This document shows positions 1 to 8,551 of a DNA stretch of 64,000 nt, piece after piece (the first letter of the stretch is position 1; each line of letters begins with the position of its first letter). The position numbers and the translations under genes are program-made. The stretch is taken from NCBI GenBank assembly GCA_965219415.1, contig CBDCNP010000002.1, forward strand, positions 1,568,001 to 1,632,000. Direction: 5' to 3'. A model generated the notes under the pieces. That model was not told the origin of the DNA, did no database searches, and saw only the letters and a list, made by a program, of their open reading frames with translations. The DNA comes from Candidatus Marinacidobacterales bacterium (GTDB taxonomy: Bacteria > Acidobacteriota > Vicinamibacteria > Marinacidobacterales > DATDRI01).

Positions 1-866
1 AGATCGTGTCGACATAGCCTTCGGGATAAGTAAGCCGTTCGCGTTTCGTGAACCAGACAGCCGTCGTTGAGATCGGAGCTCCCCGAGCGGCGACGCCCGC
101 GCAGGCCGATGTTCGAAGACACTACAAAACCTTGAACGTCCTCGGCCGGCCACGACGCCCACCAGCCGACCACTCCAACCGACTTGCCGTAGTTGCTGTA
201 GATGTTCCAAAAGGCGGGAGCACGTCGGTGCTGCGAGTTCGCCATCACCCCAAGCTTCTTCGTTCTTGGCGGGCGCTTGGTTCTTGGAACTTTGCCCACG
301 ACTCGCGGAAGCTGAAAGTCGAGGATGCCGTGCCGTTCGGGGTATACGCCGGTCGCGATCGTGGTCCAGACTACCGGCGACCAGAACCCCCATTGCTCCA
401 CGTCTGCCCTATAAGTCTTGTAGGAGTGAAGCACCCCGTAGGCTCCTTCATCCATGAGCCGCTCGATGTTGGGAAGCATGCCGCGGCGTACGAGGGGCAG
501 CACACGATTCCAAGTCATCGCGTCGACGCCGATCAACAACACCTTGCGGTTGTTCTCGACGGCTGCCGTGAGCCCGCCCAGCTCCACCGAGTCAGGCTTC
601 GTCGGATGAAGGTAGATCAGGAGGTAGATCACGACGGCCAGGAAAATGGCCAGAGTGATCCAAACGCCGCCACGGGACAGCTTGCTGCCGACGAAGAATG
701 TAGAGATTACCAGGCCCAAGGCGGCGAGCAGTTCCAGAGGACTGCTTAAGTAGAAAACCCGCTCATTCAGCTCGATGCCGATCGCGCCAAAAACCCAAAT
801 GAAGACGGCGGTCCCCACCAGGGCTACCGCTAACGCCAATAAGATCGCCCACGCTAGCTTTCTCAC
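1..866 (-). CDS. Alkaline phosphatase superfamily / type I phosphodiesterase-nucleotide pyrophosphatase with N-terminal membrane helices; 3' end runs off the window
   Basis: Manual translation of the minus strand from GTG 866 (absent from the ORF track): hydrophobic N-terminus, then KVLLIGVDAMTWNRVLPLVRRGMLPNIERLMDEGAYG...SPVVWTTIATGVYPERHGILDF. Confidence 0.85.
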   Translation of the reverse strand, partial: MRKLAWAILLALAVALVGTAVFIWVFGAIGIELNERVFYLSSPLELLAALGLVISTFFVGSKLSRGGVWITLAIFLAVVIYLLIYLHPTKPDSVELGGLTAAVENNRKVLLIGVDAMTWNRVLPLVRRGMLPNIERLMDEGAYGVLHSYKTYRADVEQWGFWSPVVWTTIATGVYPERHGILDFQLPRVVGKVPRTKRPPRTKKLGVMANSQHRRAPAFWNIYSNYGKSVGVVGWWASWPAEDVQGFVVSSNIGLRGRRRSGSSDLNDGCLVHETRTAYLSRRLCRHD

Positions 867-892
867 GGCAGTCAACCTATCACACGGGAGGA

Positions 893-2098
893 TCAGTGTT
901 CGCCTGGCGTCCCGGTTAAACGGAAGAGCAGAAAAGCGGTCCGCTGATGTTCGAGGAAGTTGTTGTCGCTTGCAACGAGAAGGCTTTGGCCCCCATCGGC
1001 AAGCGTCGGCCCGAGCGCCATCCCCTCGAAATTGTCCAGGCTTTGATAGGGTGGCGTGAGGTGCGGGACGATGGTATCTAGATCGAGTAACAACGTCTTG
1101 GTCACCGGGATCCAGTCCGAGCCGTCTTCGAGGGATTCTAGGCCGCTTACATCCGTGGCGCGGTCTAGAGAAACGGAAAATATCTCGACGCGGTTCGTCC
1201 ACTTGCCACCGTCTTCGATGTAACTTCGCTCGAGAGACAAGAGTTGGCCGGAGCCCAACGCGACGAGCTCCGTAAGGCCACGTTCCACATTCGGGCTGAC
1301 GAACCCCTCGGGCCGCTCCGTCGGCTCCACGATGTAAACATACTCCCGCGGTTCCTGGTCGTCTTGTCCTAGGACGATCTCGAGGATTCGAGAGTGCCCG
1401 GCCGTCTCGAAGTCTGCGGGTTCGCCATCCTGAAGGAGCGGAGACTCGGTGCCAAGATAGAGCCGTCGGCCGTCGGGGGCACCGGCCAGTGCCTCGAAAC
1501 CGCGATTGTGGCGGGAGCCTTTGCGGGTAGAACCGTCCTCCACTAGAAACTTCTGTGGAATCGGATAGGACCTCACCCATTGCCCATCGCGGTCGAGTTC
1601 GAAGAGCTCCGGCTCCACAATCGGCTGCTTCCGCACGTTCCCCTCCGTCGAGACGAAAAGGGTGCCGTCCGGCGAGACGACGAGACCTTCCGGATCGAAA
1701 TAGGTGTGTTCGCCGAGCCGCAACAGCAGTTTAGGAATCACCTCCATCGGACGCGACTCCAAGTTGATGTCCAGCTCATAGAGATGACGAAAATCGGAGA
1801 GAGCCAGCCAGCGATTCTGCTCACCGGAATAGGTGAGGGCCGAGATCCCGCCGAACTCCAGGCCTTCGTACTCTGTGCCGGTGGGAATGTTGAAATCCGT
1901 TACGAACGAAAGCCTGAGAGGCTCCGCGATTGGGCGAGCCTCGTCCTCTCTCTTTGCTTCGGGGGTAGAGCAACTACCGCCCACCGTGGCGAGAACGAGC
2001 GGGATAAGCGTTAGTGGTTCAGTACAAGTCCTTCTCGTAATCTTCCTCCACTCGCCGTTCCACTTCCTCGACGGGCGTTTCGCGCATGCGCTGGCCAT
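893..2098 (-). CDS. Esterase-like activity of phytase family protein, probable lipoprotein; true start uncertain, near 2020
   Basis: FGGISAL, DPEGL, NRGFEAL, LDNFEGMALGP and SDNNF motifs; lipobox-like VGGSC. The ORF 5' part overlaps the upstream gene. Confidence 0.85.
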   Translation of the reverse strand: MASACAKRPSRKWNGEWRKITRRTCTEPLTLIPLVLATVGGSCSTPEAKREDEARPIAEPLRLSFVTDFNIPTGTEYEGLEFGGISALTYSGEQNRWLALSDFRHLYELDINLESRPMEVIPKLLLRLGEHTYFDPEGLVVSPDGTLFVSTEGNVRKQPIVEPELFELDRDGQWVRSYPIPQKFLVEDGSTRKGSRHNRGFEALAGAPDGRRLYLGTESPLLQDGEPADFETAGHSRILEIVLGQDDQEPREYVYIVEPTERPEGFVSPNVERGLTELVALGSGQLLSLERSYIEDGGKWTNRVEIFSVSLDRATDVSGLESLEDGSDWIPVTKTLLLDLDTIVPHLTPPYQSLDNFEGMALGPTLADGGQSLLVASDNNFLEHQRTAFLLFRLTGTPGEH

Positions 2099-2648
2099 GA
2101 ATGATCTGGCCCAGCGTCGGGAAATCCTTGCGGTCGATCTGAGAGCTCGGGTCCCATAGGTGCGACCGTTTCAGCGCCTTGGCACAATGGAAGAAGACCG
2201 ACTCGAGCTCAACCTTGATGCCGAGCTTGGGGGTGTGGCCGCGGACCGTCATCCGCGAGAGGATGCCTTCCTCGTCGACGATGGTGGCGCGGCCGTTGAG
2301 ACGCAGCGTCTCCTCCACTCCGGGTACAAAGAAAATGATGCCGACCGAGGGATTCTCGACAATGTTCTCCATCGAATCCACGCGTCGATTGCCCGGCCGA
2401 TCGGGGATCAAGATCGTGCGATCGTCGAGCACCGTCACGAAACCCGGCGGATCGCCTCGCGGGCTCACGTCGGCCTTCCCGTCACCGCTCATCGTGCCCA
2501 AACACAGAAAGGGCGAAAGCGAAATGAAGTGCTTGCAATGCCGGTCGAGGCCAGGCATGTCTTTCGTCGCCGCGATGGGGTGCGGCTTCCCCACCGCGCT
2601 CCTCAATGCCGACTGATCGACGATCGTCTTACTAGGCGTGTCCGTCAT
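2019..2648 (-). CDS. Pyridoxamine 5'-phosphate oxidase-like FMN-binding protein (MSMEG_1061 type)
   Basis: DVSPRGDPPGFV, PDRPGNRRVDS, ETLRLNGRA, FFHCAKALKRSHLW. Confidence 0.9.
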   Translation of the reverse strand: MTDTPSKTIVDQSALRSAVGKPHPIAATKDMPGLDRHCKHFISLSPFLCLGTMSGDGKADVSPRGDPPGFVTVLDDRTILIPDRPGNRRVDSMENIVENPSVGIIFFVPGVEETLRLNGRATIVDEEGILSRMTVRGHTPKLGIKVELESVFFHCAKALKRSHLWDPSSQIDRKDFPTLGQIIHGQRMRETPVEEVERRVEEDYEKDLY

Positions 2649-2660
2649 GGCAATCTCCGT

Positions 2661-3159
2661 TTATTGAGAACAAGGGCCGACAGCGTTATCTTGCGTCAAG
2701 ATAACACGGCCTACCTGCCGATGACAGAAGTTAGGGTTCGAGCTTCGCCGGCAACGAGACCATAGGACAAGCCCGAGGCCACCAATGCCAAACAAGGCGA
2801 GCGTCGAGGGCTCGGGAACTCTTGTCGTTGCGCGGTTGTGCCGATCATATGAAGTCCGGGACGCGTTGGAGAATGAGAACTCTGTGATGTTCCAGGACGA
2901 GTCAAAGGCGAAGCTCGTTCCGCCGAGCGCGGCCGTCCAGAATCCAATCATGTCTTGGTAGTACAACCCCTGCCAGGGGTCGGGGAGAAAATTGTTGATG
3001 GACGACTCGTTGATGGCGAAGTCGAGCTGGACGTTTCCACCCGGTAGGGTCGTGAAGAACACCGAATCGTGGAATCCGTCGATGAAGGTTCCGGGCGTAT
3101 CCCAACTGTCCTCGCCCTGCCCGTCGTCGTAGACGTAAGGGAGTGTCCCTACATGCGGC
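2661..3159 (-). pseudogene. PEP-CTERM sorting-domain protein, C-terminal fragment without signal peptide or start
   Basis: VPEPSTLALFGIGGLGLVLWSRCRR tail; the frame begins inside the end of the M24 gene. Confidence 0.7.
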
Positions 3160-4317
3160 CTATAGTACGGTCTCCGTGCCGTCGTAAAACCGCATCGGCA
3201 CACCCGACAGCCGCTCCCCCTTATCCTTCCCGACGCGATAGGTATCCTGCATATAAAAACAGTGTTTGCGATCTTCGGTCATGACATGCGGGTGCATCGA
3301 AACAACCATGTTCTCCGGTAGCGAGAATTCCGACCCCTCGCCGATGCGCGGGGCTTCGATCATCGTCATCCCGATCGAATGTCCCGAAACATGGCCAAAG
3401 CGCAGGCCGAGCTTGGTAAAGGGTTTCACTGTTTCGGTGTGAACGTGCTCGGCTGTTGCGCCCTCCTTGAGGTGCGTCAACAGGAGCTCATCGTACTCCT
3501 GATAGGCTTCCAGCAGACGTTTGGTCATGTCGTCGAGCCCCTTGGGCGCGATCACGCGAGAAAACTCGACCCAGTGGCCGCCTTGTCCTGCCCCCTCCAG
3601 ACCATAGAGGAGGCCATCGCTATCCTGGACTTTGCGTTGCGGGTCGGCAAAGACCATCTGCGGATGGATCGAGCCGTTGGGGCCGGTGAGAACCATGTTC
3701 ATGGTCGATCGCGCCGTCCCTCGTTGCGCGAAGGCATGCTCGGCCACCGCCATCAGCTCGGCCTCGCTCTTGCCAGGCTGGTAGGCCTTGATGACGGCCA
3801 GGACCGCGCCCTTGTTGATATCCATCGAGTTGCGTACGGATTTGATCTCCTCTTCGCTCTTCTGCGCACGGGCAAAGTCGAACGGCTCGTCGAAGTCGAC
3901 GACCTCGAGTCCGGTGTCGACCAACGCACGGTAGTCGCGCACGTTCATGATGTAGTTGTAGCCGAAGACGCCCACGTGCTTGATGCCTTTTCCCTTTAGA
4001 TGGTCCGCCATCCATTGCCCGCAGATGGCCGGAAACTCCCGGCTGTCCAAAAACGTTTTGGAGTGATCCCCCACCCAGGTGGCTTCCCGCGGAAACACAC
4101 AGATGGGCTCGCCTTCGATGGGAACCAGCACATACGCGTATCGGTGGAGAATGTGGAAACCGCACATGTATTGAACCCCGCCTTCGAAACCGGTGTACTC
4201 GCTTCCGCTCACGATCAGGGCTTCGAGGTCGGCGGCCTTCATCGCCGCACGGACATTCTTGTAGCGGCGATCTATCTCTGCCTGGCTCGGCCGAAACGGG
4301 TTGCTCCTGTCGGTCAT
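3160..4317 (-). CDS. M24 (Xaa-Pro peptidase/creatinase) fold protein with non-canonical metal ligands
   Basis: Creatinase-type N-domain, RAQKSEEEI, GHSIG; MHPH and MQDT where M24B enzymes have EP and IED. Confidence 0.85.
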   Translation of the reverse strand: MTDRSNPFRPSQAEIDRRYKNVRAAMKAADLEALIVSGSEYTGFEGGVQYMCGFHILHRYAYVLVPIEGEPICVFPREATWVGDHSKTFLDSREFPAICGQWMADHLKGKGIKHVGVFGYNYIMNVRDYRALVDTGLEVVDFDEPFDFARAQKSEEEIKSVRNSMDINKGAVLAVIKAYQPGKSEAELMAVAEHAFAQRGTARSTMNMVLTGPNGSIHPQMVFADPQRKVQDSDGLLYGLEGAGQGGHWVEFSRVIAPKGLDDMTKRLLEAYQEYDELLLTHLKEGATAEHVHTETVKPFTKLGLRFGHVSGHSIGMTMIEAPRIGEGSEFSLPENMVVSMHPHVMTEDRKHCFYMQDTYRVGKDKGERLSGVPMRFYDGTETVL

Positions 4318-5246
4318 TTAGTCTCTCCTTCGTCGCGTGTCCATGATTCCTCGAGCCCAAGAATGAGTGCCCTTATCGCTTCGTTGAGTGGGGTCGGAAC
4401 GCCGGTCTCGCGTCCAAACTTGACGATCCCGCCGTTCATGGCTTCGACCTCGGTCTTGCGCCGTCCGAGAACGTCCTGAAACATGCTCGCCTTGTGATCG
4501 TAGGCCGCCTCACGCGCGTGATCGATGAGCTTCTCCGGGTCGCTGTCCAAAGTAATACCGAGCTTGTCGGCGACCGCCACCGCCTCGTTGACCAGTCCGG
4601 TCACCAGGGCGCGCACGTCTTTCTGGTCGCAGACTTGGCCGTGAGTCAGTTGCGTCAGCGCGCCGATAGGGTTGGTCGACGCGTTGAAGACCAGCTTGGT
4701 CCATTGAGCGCCCCGGGCATCCTTCATGGCGAGGGTATCCATGCCGGATCGCGTGAGCGCTTCGGCGAGTAGCTCCACCTCGTCGATGGTCGCCGGTTTG
4801 GGCTCGAAGGGTCCGATCCAAGTCTGGCCGACCGCGTCTTGCTGTATGTGTCCCGGCTCTACGATGTGACCGGCTGGGAACGTGGTTCCGCGTATGACGC
4901 GAGGTGCGTACTCGGCGATGATCTCTTCGCTGCCGACGCCGTTTTGAACCGAAGCGACCGCACCGTCTTTGAAGATGCTGGCGGTGGCCTCGATGGCGGA
5001 TCGGGTGTGGTACGACTTGGTGGCGACGATGCCGTAATCACACGCGGGTATCTTGGAGGCGTCATTGCTCGCTTGGAGTTTCGACGTGAAATCGGCGAGC
5101 CCCGATAGGCGCAGCCCGGCCGTATTGATCGCATTGCAATGGCGTTCGTCCAGGTCATAGGCCCAGACCTCGACGTCATCGAGCCGTGCCAGATGAGCGG
5201 CGAATAAACTTCCCACCGCGCCACATCCAACCACACATACTTTCAT
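4314..5246 (-). CDS. Ketopantoate reductase (PanE/ApbA) family protein
   Basis: GCGAVG Rossmann motif, ATKSY, VQNG, WTKLVFN, SMFQD, TEVEAMNG. Confidence 0.9.
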   Translation of the reverse strand: MKVCVVGCGAVGSLFAAHLARLDDVEVWAYDLDERHCNAINTAGLRLSGLADFTSKLQASNDASKIPACDYGIVATKSYHTRSAIEATASIFKDGAVASVQNGVGSEEIIAEYAPRVIRGTTFPAGHIVEPGHIQQDAVGQTWIGPFEPKPATIDEVELLAEALTRSGMDTLAMKDARGAQWTKLVFNASTNPIGALTQLTHGQVCDQKDVRALVTGLVNEAVAVADKLGITLDSDPEKLIDHAREAAYDHKASMFQDVLGRRKTEVEAMNGGIVKFGRETGVPTPLNEAIRALILGLEESWTRDEGETK

Positions 5247-5261
5247 TTACGTTCTCCCTCG

Positions 5262-6239
5262 TTATTCCTGTCGACCAGCTAGTTTCGGCGCGGCCCAACC
5301 CATCTCGACCGCTTTGACGAGCCGGTACAAGGTCTCGTGGATCGGCACCGGAATCCCTGCCTTGTTGCCGGCTCGGACGATCGCACCGGTGATCCAATCG
5401 ATCTCCGTGTTGCGGCGGGCGCGTACGTCGCTGAGCATCGAGGGCACGTGGGCGTAATCATCCCCCCCGGTTTGCCCCTGACCGACGGCTTGAACATTCA
5501 TCTCCCATGGATCTTCAAATAGTGTGACGCCGCTCGCCTTGGCGACCTCTTTGCCCTCGTTCATCATCGCAAACACGAGATGCCCCAAGTCGGTCGGCCT
5601 GACTTGCACGGCAAACGGTTTCACATGCCCTAGATCCGTCAACGCCGAGATACTGTTGACCACCGAGTTGAAGATCAGCTTGGACCATTGGGCTGGAAGC
5701 AGATCCGGAAACGCTTCCGCGATCAGGCCGGAATCGTTGATGAGTGCGGCGACCTTCTTCGCCTGCTCGTAGGTTGCGCTACCCTGCGCCCAGGGCCCCA
5801 TCCACGTAGCCGTGTCGAGCTCGTACTCCACGTGGGTATCGGAGTGACGCGTTCCGCTCATGAAAGTCACCGAAGACAGTATCGGCCAGTCGCCATTAGC
5901 GGCTACCAGATCCTCGAATCCCAGGCCGTTCTGCACCGTCATGACAATGGCGTGCGGGAAATGCCCCGACACTTGTTTCGCGCACTCCTCCACCCCACTC
6001 GCTTTGGCAGCGAGGATGACCAGGTCCGGGTCGCCGAGCTCTGCCGGATCGGTCGAGGCCTTCACCATGGCCTTGAGCTCGCTCTTTCCGCTAATGCGGA
6101 GCCCTTCGGACTTCAGCGCGTCGGCATGCGACTTTCGACGCGCGAGGACCGTTACCTCGACAATGGAAGCGAGATGCCCGGCGAAGAGGCTGCCGATGGC
6201 CCCGGCCCCGACGATGCATACCCGTTTGATGTCTTCCAT
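5262..6239 (-). CDS. Ketopantoate reductase family protein, second tandem paralogue
   Basis: GAGAIG, VQNGLG, WSKLIFN, SMLSD, TEIDWITG. Confidence 0.9.
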   Translation of the reverse strand: MEDIKRVCIVGAGAIGSLFAGHLASIVEVTVLARRKSHADALKSEGLRISGKSELKAMVKASTDPAELGDPDLVILAAKASGVEECAKQVSGHFPHAIVMTVQNGLGFEDLVAANGDWPILSSVTFMSGTRHSDTHVEYELDTATWMGPWAQGSATYEQAKKVAALINDSGLIAEAFPDLLPAQWSKLIFNSVVNSISALTDLGHVKPFAVQVRPTDLGHLVFAMMNEGKEVAKASGVTLFEDPWEMNVQAVGQGQTGGDDYAHVPSMLSDVRARRNTEIDWITGAIVRAGNKAGIPVPIHETLYRLVKAVEMGWAAPKLAGRQE

Positions 6240-6320
6240 TTCTTCTGCGCCTTATGTGAAAACCGAACGCCGAAAAATAACACACCCGAGCAACCGAGGG
6301 AAAGCTTGTATACATAGACG

Positions 6321-6390
6321 CGGGGTCAGACCCCCGTATTATTCCTTTACATTGGATCGGACCCGTGTCCCATTTGGAGATCTGACCCCG
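6321..6390. repeat. REP-like inverted repeat in a divergent intergenic region
   Basis: CGGGGTCAGA (6321-6330) and TCTGACCCCG (6381-6390) are exact reverse complements. Confidence 0.5.
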
Positions 6391-6415
6391 GTCCCTTAAA
6401 CTGCCCCCCACTGGC

Positions 6416-7744
6416 ATGTCATGGTACCGAAAGCTCCACTGGCAAATAATCCTTGGTCTTTTTTTGGGAGTCGTCTACGGTATCGCCGCCGCCGCGGCCG
6501 GCTGGGGCGAGTTCACTGCGGACTGGATCCAGCCATTCGGCACGATCTTCATCAATAGTCTCCAGCTCATCGCCGTTCCGCTGGTTATCGCGTCCCTCGT
6601 CACCGGGGTGGCCTCGCTGAGTGATCTCAAGAAGCTCTCACGAATCGGCGGCAAAACCATCTTCATCTATGTGGCGACGACTGCAATCTCCGTGACCATC
6701 GGTCTTCTAATCGTCAACACCCTCCGACCGGGCGATCGGGTGCCGGAGGAGGTGCAATCTCGGCTTCAAGGTGCGTTTGCGACCGACGTTTCGGCGGGCG
6801 AGGCAGCAGCGGACGAAGCCAAGAAAAGAGGCCCCCTCCAGATTTTCGTCGACATGGTACCGGCGAACTTCTTCGGCGCGGCCTCCAGCAACCGCAACAT
6901 GCTCCAAGTCGTCTTCGTCTCGCTTTTTCTCGGAGTCGGCCTCATCCAAGTCCCGTCGAAAACGGCGAAACCGTTGCTAGCGGTGTTCGAAGGTTTGAGC
7001 GCGGTGATCATACGCCTCGTCGACATCATCATGTTGATCGCTCCGCTCGGAGTCTTTTCACTCATCGCGAGCACGATTACAAGCGTCGCGGGGGACAATT
7101 TGAGCGGCGTCGTCGAGCTCCTTGGTGCCCTCGGTTTTTACGGGTTTACCGTGATCGCCGGTCTCGCCATCCAAATGGGAGTGACTTACGTTGTCCTCCT
7201 GAAGCTTTTCACGCCTATGAAGATCCGGACGTTCTTCGCCGGCATCGCACCCGCACAGCTCGTGGCCTTTTCCACAAGCTCGAGCGGGGCGACGATACCG
7301 GTCACGATGGAACGTTGCGAGGAAAAGCTCGGGGTCTCGGAAGAAGTCTCCTCGTTCGTCATACCGCTTGGGGCGACGATCAATATGGACGGGACCGCAC
7401 TCTACCAGGCGGTGGCAGCAGTGTTCATCGCCCAAACACTGGGGATGGGACTCGACCTCGGCCAACAGCTGACGATCGTGCTGACCGCGGTGCTCGCCTC
7501 CATCGGAACCGCTGCCGTCCCGGGAGCGGGCATCATCATGTTGGTGATCATCCTCGAGGCGATCGGCGTGCCGATCGCCGGTATCGCGTTGATCCTGGGA
7601 ATCGATCGAATCCTAGACATGCTCCGCACCGCCACCAACGTCACCGGAGATTGTGCGGTCGCCACCATCGTGGCCGCGTCCGAGGGTCAGCTAGGAAAGG
7701 CGGACCTAAGCGAGAAGGAAGACCGCATCCGCGTCCGCGCCTAG
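6416..7744 (+). CDS. Dicarboxylate/amino acid:cation symporter (DAACS, GltP-like)
   Basis: FSTSSSGAT, GATINMDGTALY, DRILDMLRTATNVTGD signatures. Confidence 0.95.
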   Translation: MSWYRKLHWQIILGLFLGVVYGIAAAAAGWGEFTADWIQPFGTIFINSLQLIAVPLVIASLVTGVASLSDLKKLSRIGGKTIFIYVATTAISVTIGLLIVNTLRPGDRVPEEVQSRLQGAFATDVSAGEAAADEAKKRGPLQIFVDMVPANFFGAASSNRNMLQVVFVSLFLGVGLIQVPSKTAKPLLAVFEGLSAVIIRLVDIIMLIAPLGVFSLIASTITSVAGDNLSGVVELLGALGFYGFTVIAGLAIQMGVTYVVLLKLFTPMKIRTFFAGIAPAQLVAFSTSSSGATIPVTMERCEEKLGVSEEVSSFVIPLGATINMDGTALYQAVAAVFIAQTLGMGLDLGQQLTIVLTAVLASIGTAAVPGAGIIMLVIILEAIGVPIAGIALILGIDRILDMLRTATNVTGDCAVATIVAASEGQLGKADLSEKEDRIRVRA

Positions 7745-7783
7745 GGCACCATCCTCTCTCCCTCGTTCTTTGGAACTCCAGAC

Positions 7784-7823
7784 TTGACACCGGAAATAGA
7801 TTTATTTATCGTATTTATACGAT
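7784..7823 (+). promoter_or_regulatory. Sigma70 promoter overlapped by an ArsR-type operator
   Basis: TTGACA (7784)-17 nt-TATCGT (7807); palindrome ATCGTA-TTTA-TACGAT at 7808-7823 overlaps the -10 box and the start codon. Confidence 0.75.
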
Positions 7824-8166
7824 GATTCATCGTGGACAGAAAGCACGCAAAAAACCGGCCGTTCCGAGCCAGTGCTGCACACTCGAAATCCGCGGGAGGC
7901 AGCAGGACGACCTGGTCCGGATGTTCAAGGCGCTCGGCAATCCGGTGCGGTTCGGGATCATGAAATTCCTTCTAACCCATCCGGGATGCATCACCGGTGA
8001 CATCGTCGACGAGGTCGGGCTCGCCCAATCGACGGTATCCCAACACTTGAAGGTCCTGAGGGATGCCGGGTGGATCCACGGCACCATCGACGGGCCGGCG
8101 ACCAACTACTGCCTGAACCCGGATCGCATCTCCTGGTTCCGAAAGAAAGTGGAGGAAGTGTTCTAG
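7822..8166 (+). CDS. ArsR/SmtB family transcriptional repressor
   Basis: FKALGNPVRFGI, GCITGDIVDEVGLAQSTVSQHLKVLRDAGWI, NYCLN; vicinal CC near the N-terminus. ATG 7822 lies within track ORF 7315..8166. Confidence 0.9.
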   Translation: MIHRGQKARKKPAVPSQCCTLEIRGRQQDDLVRMFKALGNPVRFGIMKFLLTHPGCITGDIVDEVGLAQSTVSQHLKVLRDAGWIHGTIDGPATNYCLNPDRISWFRKKVEEVF

Positions 8167-8186
8167 AGGTTTTTTTGCCGATTAGC

Positions 8187-8202
8187 ATCGTAAAAATACG
8201 AT
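8187..8202. promoter_or_regulatory. Second copy of the ArsR-type operator, upstream of the selenoprotein gene
   Basis: ATCGTA-AAAA-TACGAT, with the same half-sites as 7808-7823. Confidence 0.75.
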
Positions 8203-8258
8203 TAGGGTTAACAAAGGAAGACGCATTGGAAACGCTGAGATTCGAATGAGGTGATGAG

Positions 8259-8525
8259 ATGTTGCCACAAGAACAGAAAAGCGCATTCAACCAGTTCTAT
8301 CGGTCGGCAAGGCGCAACAAGTTTCTAACGCCGAAAGAAACCGTGCTCATCCATCTCGCTTCCGCTATGGCTCTCGGCTGCCATCCTTGAATGGAACACT
8401 ACTTTGGCGTCGCCAAAGAAGAGGGAATCACCGATGAAGACATCGGTGCGGCGCAGTCGATTGTGATGGCGGTGGCTGCAGGACGGGTGCGCACCCAGTT
8501 CCGGGAGGCGCGTCACAAAGTTTGA
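8259..8525 (+). CDS. AhpD/carboxymuconolactone decarboxylase-like selenoprotein, 88 aa, CxxU motif
   Basis: GAGGTG RBS, ATG 8259; MLPQEQKSAFNQFYRSARRNKFLTPKETVLIHLASAMALGCHP-UGA(8388-8390)-MEHYFGVAKEEGITDEDIGAAQSIVMAVAAGRVRTQFREARHKV. The CMD-like pattern continues across the UGA. Confidence 0.85.
8402..8418 (+). promoter_or_regulatory. Bacterial SECIS-like hairpin
   Basis: CTTTGGC-GTC-GCCAAAG, a perfect 7-bp stem that begins 11 nt after the in-frame UGA. Confidence 0.7.
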
Positions 8526-8551
8526 CGGAGACTAAGGGAGATTCGCAGAAG

